Below are positions 26,038 to 35,777 of a DNA stretch of 64,000 nt, in pieces. Positions within the stretch are counted from its first letter, which is position 1, and each line of letters opens with the position of its first letter. The DNA is from a virus (taxonomy: Duplodnaviria; Heunggongvirae; Uroviricota; Caudoviricetes): the IMG/VR virus record IMGVR_UViG_3300018080_000120. The stretch is one strand, 5' to 3'. Position numbers and translations under genes: made by a program. The notes below the pieces were generated by a model. It was not told the DNA's origin and did not search any database. It saw nothing but the letters and a program-made list of their open reading frames with translations.

Positions 26038-27221
26038 TAATCAAGAGCTTATTAGATAATGACACCTACAAATTTACCATGTGGCAAGCTGCACTACATC
26101 GATTTCCGGATGCAATGGTGCGATACAAATTTCATTGTCGCACTCCAGGTTTGGACCTCGGTAAATTTGCTGTTAGGGTGGTGGATGAGATAAATCACCT
26201 TTGCTCCTTAAGATTTCTGGGCGACGAGCTGGAATATTTGAGTAAATTACGATTCATTAAGCCTGATTTCGCTCAATTTCTCAAGCTATACCAATATGAT
26301 CCCCAGTTTGTAAAAGTCAATTCTCATAAGAGTTTTGAGAATAACGACTTAGAGATTGAAGTGGAAGGCCCGTGGGTTCATACCATTGGTTTCGAAGTTC
26401 CGATTCTGGCCATTGTCAGCGAGATATACAGCGAATCACAGAATCCAGACTGGGACCTTGGTAGAAATAAGCTTGACGAAAAAATAGAGCTGGTCAAAAG
26501 GCATGGCTTTCCTCAAACATTGACAACTACGGAACTCATTTTTCTATTTTCAGAATTTGGTGGTAGAAGAAGAGCAAGTTTCGATTGGCATGATTATGTG
26601 ATTCGATTATTATCTGTTACCTTGCCGGAAAATCTTGTTGGTACCAGCAACGTCTATTTTGCCAAGAAATACAATCTGAAAGCGATTGGAACTCAAGCTC
26701 ATGAATGGTTTCAAGCTCATCAACAGCTTGGCTATCGATTGATAGACTTTCAAAGAATGGCTTTGGAAAACTGGGCAAAAGAATATCGCGGAGATTTAGG
26801 AATTGCATTATCTGATACTGTTGGCGTGAATGCCTTTCTCAGAGATTTTGATATGTATTTTGCCAAACTCTACGATGGAAGCCGCCAGGATTCTGGATCT
26901 CCGTATTCATATTGTGAAAAAATGATACACCATTATGAAGGATTCAAAATATCTCCATTGTCGAAATTCGTAGTTCCGAGTAATGGTTTAACAATGAGAG
27001 AAGCCCTGAAAATTTACCATGAGTTTCGGCATCATATAAACATATCTTGTGGTATTGGAACTCATTTAACAAATGACCTTAACTATAAACCAGCACAGCT
27101 GGTTATGAAAATGGTTGAGTGTAACGGTCAGCCTGTCGCAAAGATAAGCGATGATCCAGCGAAGGGAATGTGTGAAGATCCCGAATATGTGGAACATCTA
27201 AAGAAAGCCTTTAGCCTTTAA
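26034..27221 (+). CDS. pncB: nicotinate phosphoribosyltransferase-like protein
   Basis: N-terminus LLDNDTYKFTMWQAALHRFPDAMVRYKF resembles PncB N-terminus; length ~400 aa. Confidence 0.65.
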   Translation: MIIKSLLDNDTYKFTMWQAALHRFPDAMVRYKFHCRTPGLDLGKFAVRVVDEINHLCSLRFLGDELEYLSKLRFIKPDFAQFLKLYQYDPQFVKVNSHKSFENNDLEIEVEGPWVHTIGFEVPILAIVSEIYSESQNPDWDLGRNKLDEKIELVKRHGFPQTLTTTELIFLFSEFGGRRRASFDWHDYVIRLLSVTLPENLVGTSNVYFAKKYNLKAIGTQAHEWFQAHQQLGYRLIDFQRMALENWAKEYRGDLGIALSDTVGVNAFLRDFDMYFAKLYDGSRQDSGSPYSYCEKMIHHYEGFKISPLSKFVVPSNGLTMREALKIYHEFRHHINISCGIGTHLTNDLNYKPAQLVMKMVECNGQPVAKISDDPAKGMCEDPEYVEHLKKAFSL

Positions 27222-27235
27222 CTAAGAGAGGGTTT

Positions 27236-27874
27236 ATGCCAACTAAATTACAATTAGAAGAGGAGATAGGAGAGTTAAGTAGGAGTAAAAATGATATTTT
27301 GCGAGCTCTTGAGTTGTATCGGAATTATATTACTCGCAAATTATATAATCGAAAAGATTTTTCGAAGTCTCATCGTAAGCGTGGGCATTATCCATTTATT
27401 CCATCTGGCAGCTGCGAAGTGCTTTCCTGGTTAGAAGGAACCGCTAAATATCTGAACGAGCGAGATGGTAATGAACCTAACGCAGGTTTATGGAGATATC
27501 GATTTTTAGATTGCGGGTGTGGTATAGGAAATATCGTAATGTTTGCATCCATTATGGGATTTAATTCAACTGGTATAGAGTACGACTTTCGAACCATTGC
27601 AATAGCTAGAGAACTTTTAGATGGCCGGGGAACAATAATAAAAGGCGATATTACAGCCTTCCATAATTATGCTAAATATGATGTGATCTATTATTATCAG
27701 CCAATGACTGATCATGGACTGATGGATAAGTTTCAACAAAAATTGATAAAAGATCTGAAGGTTGGTGCTATCATTTTGCCAAATGGAATCACCAAACCGA
27801 TACGGGAAAGTGGGAAGTTTAAAAAGATATTAACTGGTGACCACTACTATGCTTATGAGAAAGTGAGTAAATAA
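27236..27874 (+). CDS. class I SAM-dependent methyltransferase
   Basis: FLDCGCGIGNIVMFAS = motif I. Confidence 0.65.
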   Translation: MPTKLQLEEEIGELSRSKNDILRALELYRNYITRKLYNRKDFSKSHRKRGHYPFIPSGSCEVLSWLEGTAKYLNERDGNEPNAGLWRYRFLDCGCGIGNIVMFASIMGFNSTGIEYDFRTIAIARELLDGRGTIIKGDITAFHNYAKYDVIYYYQPMTDHGLMDKFQQKLIKDLKVGAIILPNGITKPIRESGKFKKILTGDHYYAYEKVSK

Positions 27875-27875
27875 A

Positions 27876-28082
27876 ATGGAACAATCTCAATATAAAGATG
27901 ATGCAGATTTAGCCAAAATATATCTGGAGAAAACAAAAGATCCAGATCTGCCGGAAAATTATACATGGGATAACTTCTTTGATGAAGTAGGAGTACCAAA
28001 AGAAGCTCGTAGTGATTTTGCGGCAGCAGCAATATTAAAACAGGCAAAGGAAATAGAAAAGCAGGAGAACAGTAATGACTAA
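27876..28082 (+). CDS. hypothetical protein
   Basis: 68 aa. Confidence 0.45.
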   Translation: MEQSQYKDDADLAKIYLEKTKDPDLPENYTWDNFFDEVGVPKEARSDFAAAAILKQAKEIEKQENSND

Positions 28083-28398
28083 TTTAATGTTTACTCCCCA
28101 GGATGGTCGAAAAAAATTCGAAATCGGTCAAACAGTGTGGTATCTCGATCATTTTAACTGCATTGTAAAGGAAGGTAGATTTGTCGGATATATAGAGCGT
28201 GACATCAAATGTGAAGACACAGTTTATGTCAGAGATGTAAAAAGCGGATTGGATCGTATTATGGAAGCCTGGACATTTGATACACCTGAGAAAGCTCATA
28301 AATGTTGTATAAAATATATCGAAAGACAAATGGATCAAAAGCAGTCAGAATTGAAAGCTTTAAGGAAAAAGCTTGCAGACTATCAGGTTTTACAATAG
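28075..28398 (+). CDS. hypothetical protein
   Basis: 107 aa. Confidence 0.5.
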   Translation: MTNLMFTPQDGRKKFEIGQTVWYLDHFNCIVKEGRFVGYIERDIKCEDTVYVRDVKSGLDRIMEAWTFDTPEKAHKCCIKYIERQMDQKQSELKALRKKLADYQVLQ

Positions 28399-28405
28399 GG
28401 AGTAG

Positions 28406-28543
28406 ATGGCAAAAGTAATTGATATTACCAAGCGTATCGAAAGGAAGAAAAAGGAAGATGAAGAAAAGGCTGCAAGGAGAAGAGCCATTGATCATATAAT
28501 AGATGAGGCAAATCGTTACTGGGGCGATGAGGAGGAGGAATAA
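28406..28543 (+). CDS. small charged protein (45 aa)
   Basis: SD gggagtag; below track cutoff. Confidence 0.35.
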   Translation: MAKVIDITKRIERKKKEDEEKAARRRAIDHIIDEANRYWGDEEEE

Positions 28544-28722
28544 TGAGTCTTTGTGACATAGAGGACAGCGAAAGAGTAGCTGAATGCTGCTCATGTGGTA
28601 GAATGATGCCTGCACATCAAATAGTAATCTGTGAATATTGTGCAAGCACTTTTTGCATAATTTGTGCTGGCCTGTCAGAACCAGATGCAATAGCACGATG
28701 TAAAAATTGTAGGGGGTTTTAA
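28543..28722 (+). CDS. zinc-finger small protein (59 aa)
   Basis: CCSCG...CEYC...CAGL...CKNC; ATGA coupling. Confidence 0.45.
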   Translation: MSLCDIEDSERVAECCSCGRMMPAHQIVICEYCASTFCIICAGLSEPDAIARCKNCRGF

Positions 28723-28724
28723 CG

Positions 28725-29075
28725 ATGAGATTACTTATATTTAAAATTTCTGAAAAGGCGCATTGGGAAGATGGAATGATTGTGGTCGCGGCAGAAAATT
28801 TTGATGACGCGATAGATGTCCTAAAAAACATAACAGATAAGGATATGCATCAGGACGGAGACGAGAACAGCCGCTTCTTTGAGGGCGATGATATGTCTGT
28901 TTATAAAAGTGAAGAAGAAGTTCCTGAAAAAGGAGAGGATTGTTGGGTTCTTCATACAGTCATCGATAATCTACATTGGTGTGATGAGCCTAAATCTGGT
29001 ATGAATCACCGACATCTCCAATGTGTTCACAGATCCAAACGCGGTTTTATAGCCGGAGTTTATTACGAGGTATAA
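28725..29075 (+). CDS. hypothetical protein
   Basis: 116 aa. Confidence 0.5.
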   Translation: MRLLIFKISEKAHWEDGMIVVAAENFDDAIDVLKNITDKDMHQDGDENSRFFEGDDMSVYKSEEEVPEKGEDCWVLHTVIDNLHWCDEPKSGMNHRHLQCVHRSKRGFIAGVYYEV

Positions 29076-29076
29076 A

Positions 29077-29214
29077 ATGGAAGAAAAAATAAAATATAAT
29101 AGCCATACGAAATCACCATATTATTGGCCAATTTTTGGCCAACGCCACAAAGATATCGAAAATACCTTAATGATAGGTTTGATCAGCTTTTTTCTATCTT
29201 TGGTAATCTTATAA
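29077..29214 (+). CDS. small membrane protein (45 aa)
   Basis: hydrophobic C-terminus. Confidence 0.3.
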   Translation: MEEKIKYNSHTKSPYYWPIFGQRHKDIENTLMIGLISFFLSLVIL

Positions 29215-29229
29215 GAACGGAGGAAAAGA

Positions 29230-29367
29230 ATGTATTCCAAAGACGAATATTTCGTAGAATTATGTGCTTTGTCTGAGCGCCCAGCCAGCGATAATCCAAA
29301 TCCGCCGCACGAGCTCACTGACGAAAAGGGCGATAAAGAAACAGAAATAGAGGAGGATATATCATGA
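29230..29367 (+). CDS. small acidic protein (45 aa)
   Basis: SD acggaggaaaaga; ATGA overlap with next gene. Confidence 0.35.
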   Translation: MYSKDEYFVELCALSERPASDNPNPPHELTDEKGDKETEIEEDIS

Positions 29368-29723
29368 TACAATATGTAAGAAAAGGGAAAAACAGATTTC
29401 CAATTGGTGTATTGGTTGCCAAATTGGATGATGATGGCCGGATTGTAGTAGGCCATAGTAAGTGGTGTCAGAGCAGAGACAAATATGACAAAATGGAAGG
29501 TATTAGGATTGCTGATTCAAGAGCCGATCTTGACAGTAAATCTCCTCCGGCTTTGTCTATTCTTAAAGCGTATGGAAAGTTTTTAGAACGCGCTTTGAAA
29601 TATTACAAAGGCGCATCACTTTCTTTTAACACGCAAGAGGCTTTTGTCAGAGCCACTAAAAAGCTCGAAGCTGTTAAAGAGGAACATGCTGCTGAAAAAG
29701 CAAATTATGCGATGGAAGTATAA
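29364..29723 (+). CDS. hypothetical protein
   Basis: 119 aa. Confidence 0.5.
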   Translation: MIQYVRKGKNRFPIGVLVAKLDDDGRIVVGHSKWCQSRDKYDKMEGIRIADSRADLDSKSPPALSILKAYGKFLERALKYYKGASLSFNTQEAFVRATKKLEAVKEEHAAEKANYAMEV

Positions 29724-29725
29724 GA

Positions 29726-29932
29726 ATGACGGCCAGAAAATTACCAACAATCGAAAAGTGGGGAGAAACTTACTACATAGATCATCGGTTAGGTGAATTG
29801 AGAAATGTGGAAAATCCATGGGACGTTGTAAATATTGATAATTGTCCTGATGAAGAAGAATTCTTTAACATTATGATGGACGCTGTATCCATAGAAAAAC
29901 ATGAAGACACTGAACTCAATAAATGGGGGTAA
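29726..29932 (+). CDS. hypothetical protein
   Basis: 68 aa. Confidence 0.45.
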   Translation: MTARKLPTIEKWGETYYIDHRLGELRNVENPWDVVNIDNCPDEEEFFNIMMDAVSIEKHEDTELNKWG

Positions 29933-29934
29933 AT

Positions 29935-30366
29935 ATGCTGTTAGCTGTTTACGGAAGTTTTCGAAAAGGTGAAAGCCGTGCCCACGTTCTCGATGAATTG
30001 AGAGCAAAGGGTAAATCAGAACTCGCTGAAATTCCAGGAGTTAAACTGTATGTCATGGGTTATGTGCCTGGTGCAAAGGTAACATATGATCTTGACGATA
30101 AAGCGGTGGTTGAACTGATATATGCACATCTTTCTAAGAAGGAAACAGAAGATCTTCTGGAAGAGCTGGACCGCATTGAAGGTGTCAAGCACGGCTTGTA
30201 CCAGAGAAATTATATCATAACTCAATTAGGCGAGGCTCTTATTTACACATTCTGTGGTTCGGTAGAAGGATCTGTAGAGATAACCGATTGGCATGAATGG
30301 CAAGGTAGAAGCGAAAGAGAAAAAAGAAAAGCCGTAAGAAATCTTGATGGCAGAGCAATAATGTAG
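29935..30366 (+). CDS. gamma-glutamylcyclotransferase (GGCT/AIG2)-like protein
   Basis: MLLAVYGSFRKGESRAHVL (YGSLxxG motif), LEELDRIEG...YQRNYI (catalytic Glu region). Confidence 0.6.
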   Translation: MLLAVYGSFRKGESRAHVLDELRAKGKSELAEIPGVKLYVMGYVPGAKVTYDLDDKAVVELIYAHLSKKETEDLLEELDRIEGVKHGLYQRNYIITQLGEALIYTFCGSVEGSVEITDWHEWQGRSEREKRKAVRNLDGRAIM

Positions 30367-30377
30367 GAGGGTTTCTA

Positions 30378-30572
30378 ATGGAAATACCAAAGAGACCATT
30401 AACATTTGAAGAAGTACTTGAGAAATATGGCAACACTCAAGTATACTTTTGCTACAATTGCTGGACGAGTTCTACTCTTACGAAATCATTTGGGCTGCCA
30501 AAATGCTATAACTGTGGCATGGAGATGTCCGTGATTACGTTGAAAGAGCTGGCTGAAAGGATGAGCAAATAA
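30378..30572 (+). CDS. zinc-ribbon protein
   Basis: CYNCW...CYNCG. Confidence 0.5.
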   Translation: MEIPKRPLTFEEVLEKYGNTQVYFCYNCWTSSTLTKSFGLPKCYNCGMEMSVITLKELAERMSK

Positions 30573-30928
30573 TGGACCCTATTGAACTCGCTTTAGGTGA
30601 TAATCGGGATCCCGAGAATGATAAAATAAAGGTAGAAGTTATAGAATTTACTGATCGCAAAATAGGCATGCGGATTGGTAGAACTATAAAGACTGACGAT
30701 GTAAAATATGAGTTCGTTAAATTCGATCTGATGTTTGATGGGACAATTCCAGATGGTTCAGATCATTTTCGAGCCTATGATCAAGTGTTTCGGGATCTTT
30801 TTAAGGAGATGTCTATTCGTGAAGCGGTTGTTCGGGCCATTGGAAATAACAGCAAAGTCATGGGCCAAGTGGTCGAATTATTGAAAAAGGCCATCAATCT
30901 GGAGGAAATAAATGCCAGTAGCGTGTAG
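30572..30928 (+). CDS. hypothetical protein
   Basis: 118 aa. Confidence 0.5.
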   Translation: MDPIELALGDNRDPENDKIKVEVIEFTDRKIGMRIGRTIKTDDVKYEFVKFDLMFDGTIPDGSDHFRAYDQVFRDLFKEMSIREAVVRAIGNNSKVMGQVVELLKKAINLEEINASSV

Positions 30929-31085
30929 TAAATGTGGAACTGTAATATTATTGTCGGAATCAGTGATATGTGCTGAGTGTGGCACGGTTTATTGCAAGAA
31001 CTGTGCTAAAGACCTGAATCTTTTTGTGAGTGAGGACGGGAGTTATTCGGTGGATCACTGTTCGAACTGCGGCATTGCCGCTTAG
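30912..31085 (+). CDS. zinc-ribbon small protein (57 aa)
   Basis: CSKCG...CAECG...CSNCG. Confidence 0.4.
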   Translation: MPVACSKCGTVILLSESVICAECGTVYCKNCAKDLNLFVSEDGSYSVDHCSNCGIAA

Positions 31086-31118
31086 AGAAGCTAGATCTAA
31101 AAGAAAGGAGGGACATTC

Positions 31119-31538
31119 ATGGTTAGATTGCTCAATTTTGGGATGGGTATCCCGGCATGGATAAATTTGCTTGTTATCTTAGTCGCTGTTGCGCTAGCTG
31201 TATGGATTGGATATGCAATATATGCATTGATTCTTGATCCGAACAACTGGAAGCTACGGGTAAAGCCCATTGTCTTTCGAGTTTTAATACTCGCCGTTTT
31301 TCTATGGGCCACTCTGACGGCTTTTGGTCCAGGTACCCCAGCGCCGCCGATGCCTTCAGACATTGGTGCAATGAAGCTTATCGAAAAAGCTCCAGATGAA
31401 AAGTCTCTTTCTGAAATTCAGAAAGAAGCTGCTGAGAAACGTGATGAATTTCTCAAGGCACAAGACAGAGGCTTTCAAAAGGAAAAAGAGGAAGCCGACA
31501 AGTACATCGATGAAGCACTCAAAAAATATGCCGACTAA
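31119..31538 (+). CDS. membrane protein with coiled-coil tail
   Basis: two TM helices then K/E-rich tail. Confidence 0.55.
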   Translation: MVRLLNFGMGIPAWINLLVILVAVALAVWIGYAIYALILDPNNWKLRVKPIVFRVLILAVFLWATLTAFGPGTPAPPMPSDIGAMKLIEKAPDEKSLSEIQKEAAEKRDEFLKAQDRGFQKEKEEADKYIDEALKKYAD

Positions 31539-31579
31539 TATAGTTGGTAAATAAAAAAAGAGAAGGAGAAAAGAAGACT

Positions 31580-32461
31580 ATGAAAAGTATCAAAAGATTT
31601 TTATCCGCAATTGTAGTTACCGCATGTATGTTTCTTGTAATGGGATGTACCGAGCGCGTTCCGCCTGGGTACGTTGGTATGGTTATGGAGCCCGACGGTC
31701 TGACAGGTATCGTCTGTCAGCCTGGTAATCACCAATGTTACAATCGTGACAAAATGGCCCTTATTGAGATGGTTGAAGTCACCAAGACAGAAAAGATGGC
31801 AGTTTTGTGTACCGACGATCTCAATATGAAGTTTGACCTGAAGATTCGTTCAAGGCTAAAAACGCAGGATAGCAAAAGCGTTATGGCCGTGTTGAATCGG
31901 CAAGGCTCAAAGATCAAGTGGGACGGTGCCTCCGGTATTTTACCGTTTGATGCACTATATGTGACTTATGTTCAGGGGCCGGCCCGGTCCATCGCAAGGG
32001 GCATAGTATCAAAATATGAAACGACTGCCATCCGAGGCGCTCGAAAAGAAATCGAGAAATCGATAGCCACAGAATTGCTGGAGGCCGTCAAAGGAACTCC
32101 TGTTGAAATCACGATGGTTGTGACCTCCAATCTGGATTACCCCGACGTTATAACTAAAGCCATGGAAAAGAAGAGAACCCGGGAGATCGAGATCCAAGAG
32201 GAAAAGGCCAAACAGGCCATGGAATTGCTGAAGGCTGATAACCGGCTCAAGGTTGCCAATAAGTTGAAGGTTACGAGAACCGCTGAGGCGGAAGCAGAAG
32301 CCGTGTACAATCGCATCATGGGCAAATCCCTGACTGATAGGTACCTCAAGTTGAGAGAGGTCGAGGCCAGACTCGAGCTGTACAAGAATATCAAGGATAA
32401 GGACAAGATCGTCATTACAGACGGTGGAACGGCCACACCCTTGGTAAATCTCGGTAAATAA
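31580..32461 (+). CDS. lipoprotein
   Basis: MKSIKRFLSAIVVTACMFLVMGC lipobox. Confidence 0.55.
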   Translation: MKSIKRFLSAIVVTACMFLVMGCTERVPPGYVGMVMEPDGLTGIVCQPGNHQCYNRDKMALIEMVEVTKTEKMAVLCTDDLNMKFDLKIRSRLKTQDSKSVMAVLNRQGSKIKWDGASGILPFDALYVTYVQGPARSIARGIVSKYETTAIRGARKEIEKSIATELLEAVKGTPVEITMVVTSNLDYPDVITKAMEKKRTREIEIQEEKAKQAMELLKADNRLKVANKLKVTRTAEAEAEAVYNRIMGKSLTDRYLKLREVEARLELYKNIKDKDKIVITDGGTATPLVNLGK

Positions 32462-32486
32462 TCCGGCCCCAGTTGTAAGACTATTA

Positions 32487-32516
32487 GTGGCCTCTTAACT
32501 GAGGCCACTTTTTTTA
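32487..32516 (+). terminator. rho-independent terminator
   Basis: GTGGCCTC-TTAACT-GAGGCCAC then TTTTTTT. Confidence 0.75.
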
Positions 32517-32530
32517 TTTTGGAGGAAAAA

Positions 32531-33091
32531 ATGAAAAGGTTAGCTGCAATTTTTATAATTTTGATATTTCCGATGTCAGCCTTCTGTTTTGACGATGTTA
32601 GTGTTGGCTTGTTTAGTGGAGGTCAGATATCTTTCAATGATCACTGGCGAAATCATCATCATAATTACAGACTTGAAGAATTATCTGTGAGTCTCGGCAA
32701 ATATCTGGATGAAAGAAAGAAATGGAAGATAGAATGTGAGTTTCTAACGGGATTTTTCACAGATAGATATCAAAATTATATCAAAAGTTGCAGATCATTA
32801 GGATTTAATCTTCATCTAAAAAGAGAGTTTTATTCCATCTCTGTTTTCACTCCTTATATTGGAACTTATGGAGGATTGGCAATTCTAAGTCCTCACAATA
32901 ATCAATCTAATTTTGAAAATTCTGGAGCACTTGGAACCTTTGGTGGATATGCCGGTTTCAAGTTTCCGATATCAGATTACCAACATGTCTCAGTTGCATT
33001 TCGAATAATGCATACTTCTGATCCTTTTAATACAGGAGATCTTGGCAGAAATCACCAAGGAATTTCAGTCCGTATGTCCTGGGAGTTTTAA
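32531..33091 (+). CDS. secreted outer-membrane-like protein
   Basis: signal peptide MKRLAAIFIILIFPMSAFC; C-terminal ...WEF aromatic terminus typical of beta-barrel OMPs. Confidence 0.5.
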   Translation: MKRLAAIFIILIFPMSAFCFDDVSVGLFSGGQISFNDHWRNHHHNYRLEELSVSLGKYLDERKKWKIECEFLTGFFTDRYQNYIKSCRSLGFNLHLKREFYSISVFTPYIGTYGGLAILSPHNNQSNFENSGALGTFGGYAGFKFPISDYQHVSVAFRIMHTSDPFNTGDLGRNHQGISVRMSWEF

Positions 33092-33092
33092 A

Positions 33093-33689
33093 ATGCTGAT
33101 GAACTATTTTGTAAAAAACAAAGAAGACCTTTTGGACTATATGAAACATGTCCGCGAATCGCATGGAGGACCAGATCGCCTCATATATATAGATATGCCA
33201 ACCATCCCGTATAAATTTCCATGTTTTATAGGGCATATCGCCGATTATGTCTCGGCAACAATGGGGCCTCTTGGAGATGAAAGATTTAAGATAAAATTAT
33301 CTTTTGTAACGGTTCATAGAGATTTAGCCAAGACTCTGATATATCCTACTAATTCCAAAATTCCTTCTAAATATGGTAAAGGTCAATATCCATGGTTTCC
33401 TTTTCCGTGTAAAACACCTGATGAGTTAATTGATCTCAAACACAGTCATGAGCATCATTTCTCTCAGGTCTTTGGGCAGGAAGTATTAGAATCCCCAATA
33501 AATCTTGATAGCGTTCCGTGTTTAGTGAGATCTCTTCCTCATCGAACAGTGGTAGCTGCATATAAAAATGACATCATCAATCCTCACGGATTGGTTTATA
33601 AAGTAAAATTCTTTCAATTGAGCGAACATCAGGCCAAAGGCTTAGTTTACTATTTCAAAAATAAGAAAGGTGAGAGTAATTTTTTATGA
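33093..33689 (+). CDS. hypothetical protein (tandem paralog 1)
   Basis: HRDLAKTLIYP / LVYKVKFFQLSEHQAKGLVYYFKNKKG shared with next gene. Confidence 0.55.
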   Translation: MLMNYFVKNKEDLLDYMKHVRESHGGPDRLIYIDMPTIPYKFPCFIGHIADYVSATMGPLGDERFKIKLSFVTVHRDLAKTLIYPTNSKIPSKYGKGQYPWFPFPCKTPDELIDLKHSHEHHFSQVFGQEVLESPINLDSVPCLVRSLPHRTVVAAYKNDIINPHGLVYKVKFFQLSEHQAKGLVYYFKNKKGESNFL

Positions 33690-34330
33690 TTAGTAAATTG
33701 ATATACACCGAAGCAGAATTTGATGACTATGCCACATCCATATACAACAAGGAAAGGGAGGATGCAAGAATGATACTATATCATCCTTTCGCTATTCCTA
33801 AGAAATTCCCTATTCTTGTAGATTCGTATATAAGATATAGTGTGTCACCAGCTGTGAGTGCAGCTATTGCAGAAGGAGCAGTAGCTGTCAATCCATTTAA
33901 CAAAATAGTCAGTTTTATTTGGGTAGACAGAAATTTGGCAAAATGTTTGGTTTATCCAAAAACAAATCCGATCAAACTGAAATACACTGATGATTCATAT
34001 AATAAGTGGTCCAGCTATATAGCCAAGAGTGACGAAAATGTGGAATATTATAGAGTGGTATCAATGAATAACTTCATACATCAAAATCCAGGTGAAGCGT
34101 GTTTCCAAACTCCACCTCTTTATGGTGAAACGCCATGTCTTATAACGCATCGCGTTTATCAATCTGTCAACTCACTATATATATCAGCGGATAACCCGTT
34201 AGGATTATTGACCAGAGTTCATTTTTTTCAAGTGAACCTGAATGCTGCAAGAAATTTGGTCTATTACAATAAGAATCAGAAGAAGAAAATTGAAGAGGAA
34301 AAGTACCAGTCATTTTGGGGTATTCTATGA
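33686..34330 (+). CDS. hypothetical protein (tandem paralog 2)
   Basis: DRNLAKCLVYP / LLTRVHFFQVNLNAARNLVYYNKNQKK. Confidence 0.55.
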   Translation: MISKLIYTEAEFDDYATSIYNKEREDARMILYHPFAIPKKFPILVDSYIRYSVSPAVSAAIAEGAVAVNPFNKIVSFIWVDRNLAKCLVYPKTNPIKLKYTDDSYNKWSSYIAKSDENVEYYRVVSMNNFIHQNPGEACFQTPPLYGETPCLITHRVYQSVNSLYISADNPLGLLTRVHFFQVNLNAARNLVYYNKNQKKKIEEEKYQSFWGIL

Positions 34331-34455
34331 AAGCAAAAACAATAAAGAAAATACAAAACATAGCCAGATGGATATTAACTGCTGCCGCTCTTTATGTATT
34401 GGTTAATGGTATAATAGTGGGAAGCGTGTTGTTTTCCATGTGGGGAAATGGATAA
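34327..34455 (+). CDS. small membrane protein (42 aa)
   Basis: ATGA overlap; TM helix. Confidence 0.3.
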   Translation: MKAKTIKKIQNIARWILTAAALYVLVNGIIVGSVLFSMWGNG

Positions 34456-34622
34456 AATTATGTTCACAATTTGCTTTGTTCACGACATGTATGGCCGGAC
34501 TATTGGGTTGAAAATTTACTTTACCCCGGTTTCGGTACCGGCAACAATATGGCGGTACAAACATATATATAGTAATATAATACGAAAGGACGGCAGGTAC
34601 GTCAAAATATAGGAGGTGCATT

Positions 34623-34847
34623 ATGGATGAAATGACAATGTATTGTATATTTTGGCTCACAATTTTCGGAATTGTTATTGCATCGTTAATCTATTCCTAT
34701 AAATCGAAGAGAGCCGAAATATCTGTCATCGTGAGAGAAAAAGCAAGGGTGGCAAGAGTATCAGTTAAATGTAAGGTAGATCATGCGAATAATGTACAAA
34801 ACACCCTTAAGACAATTTTCAAAGAATCAGATATCAGTATAACCTAA
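34623..34847 (+). CDS. small membrane protein
   Basis: SD aggaggtgcatt; N-terminal TM. Confidence 0.5.
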   Translation: MDEMTMYCIFWLTIFGIVIASLIYSYKSKRAEISVIVREKARVARVSVKCKVDHANNVQNTLKTIFKESDISIT

Positions 34848-34883
34848 GGTGCGGCTCATGCCCGCTAATGGAGGGATAATAAA

Positions 34884-35777
34884 ATGAAAGTAGGATTAGC
34901 CCTGGGAGCAGGTGGAGCAAGAGGTCTTGCTCATCTTGGCGTATTAAAATTATTAGAAGAGGAAAAGATTCCAATTAGTCAAATCACAGGATCTTCAATT
35001 GGTTCTGTAGTTGCCGCAGCCTATGCTCAAAAGCCAGATGCTAACCGATTAATAGAAGGATTGAAGAGATTGGTAAGTCATGGTGCTTTCGATAAGTTAG
35101 GTTTGGATTATTTGAAACCCGGCGCCGAATTATCTCTTTTGCGGCAGATAGCTGAGAACGTCAAGAAAAGGATCGTCATAAATCTTGCATATAATAAGAA
35201 AGCTTTTCTGAAAAGAGAAGACCTCAGATCTGTATTGAGCAAAATTTTAGAAAACAAAAATATAGAAGACTGTAGAATTTCTCTTGGCATTGCCTCGACC
35301 GATTTGAAAACAGGCGATACTTATATGTTTCATAAAGGAAACATTATTGAAGCAGCGATGGCTAGTTGTGCCGTTCCCGGATTTCTTTCCCCCTTCGAGA
35401 TCGGCCACAAATTGTTATCGGATGGCGGAGTTAGCTGTCCAGTCCCCGTTCAATTTTTGAACACGGACTTAAAAATTGCAGTGGAAGTTGGAGTGCGAGA
35501 GCATTTTCCTCTGAGAAATCTCAATATCATAGAGATAATAGATTGCTCGAGCGGAATAATGATAAGAAAGCTGGCCGCTTTAATGGCAAGGACAGCGGAT
35601 ATTGCAATTTATCCCGATACCAAAGACGTGCATTGGTCTGATTTTCATAGAGCAGACGAACTAATTAGAGCTGGTTATATTGCTGCAGGTAGAGCTCTGC
35701 CTAAAATTAAGGAAGCTTTACGAAAACCTTCGTGGCTGGAGAGGCTTTTACACAAGAAAAGGACTTGGGTAGTATGA
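34884..35777 (+). CDS. patatin-like phospholipase
   Basis: GAGGARGLAHLGVL (oxyanion GGxR), GSSIGS (GxSxG serine), LSDGGV (catalytic Asp DGG). Confidence 0.85.
   Translation: MKVGLALGAGGARGLAHLGVLKLLEEEKIPISQITGSSIGSVVAAAYAQKPDANRLIEGLKRLVSHGAFDKLGLDYLKPGAELSLLRQIAENVKKRIVINLAYNKKAFLKREDLRSVLSKILENKNIEDCRISLGIASTDLKTGDTYMFHKGNIIEAAMASCAVPGFLSPFEIGHKLLSDGGVSCPVPVQFLNTDLKIAVEVGVREHFPLRNLNIIEIIDCSSGIMIRKLAALMARTADIAIYPDTKDVHWSDFHRADELIRAGYIAAGRALPKIKEALRKPSWLERLLHKKRTWVV

Noticed and set aside
34848-34883. Hairpin GCGGCTCATGCCCGC after gene 34623..34847 as a terminator
   Set aside because: It forms only a 4-bp stem with a mismatch and no downstream T-run.
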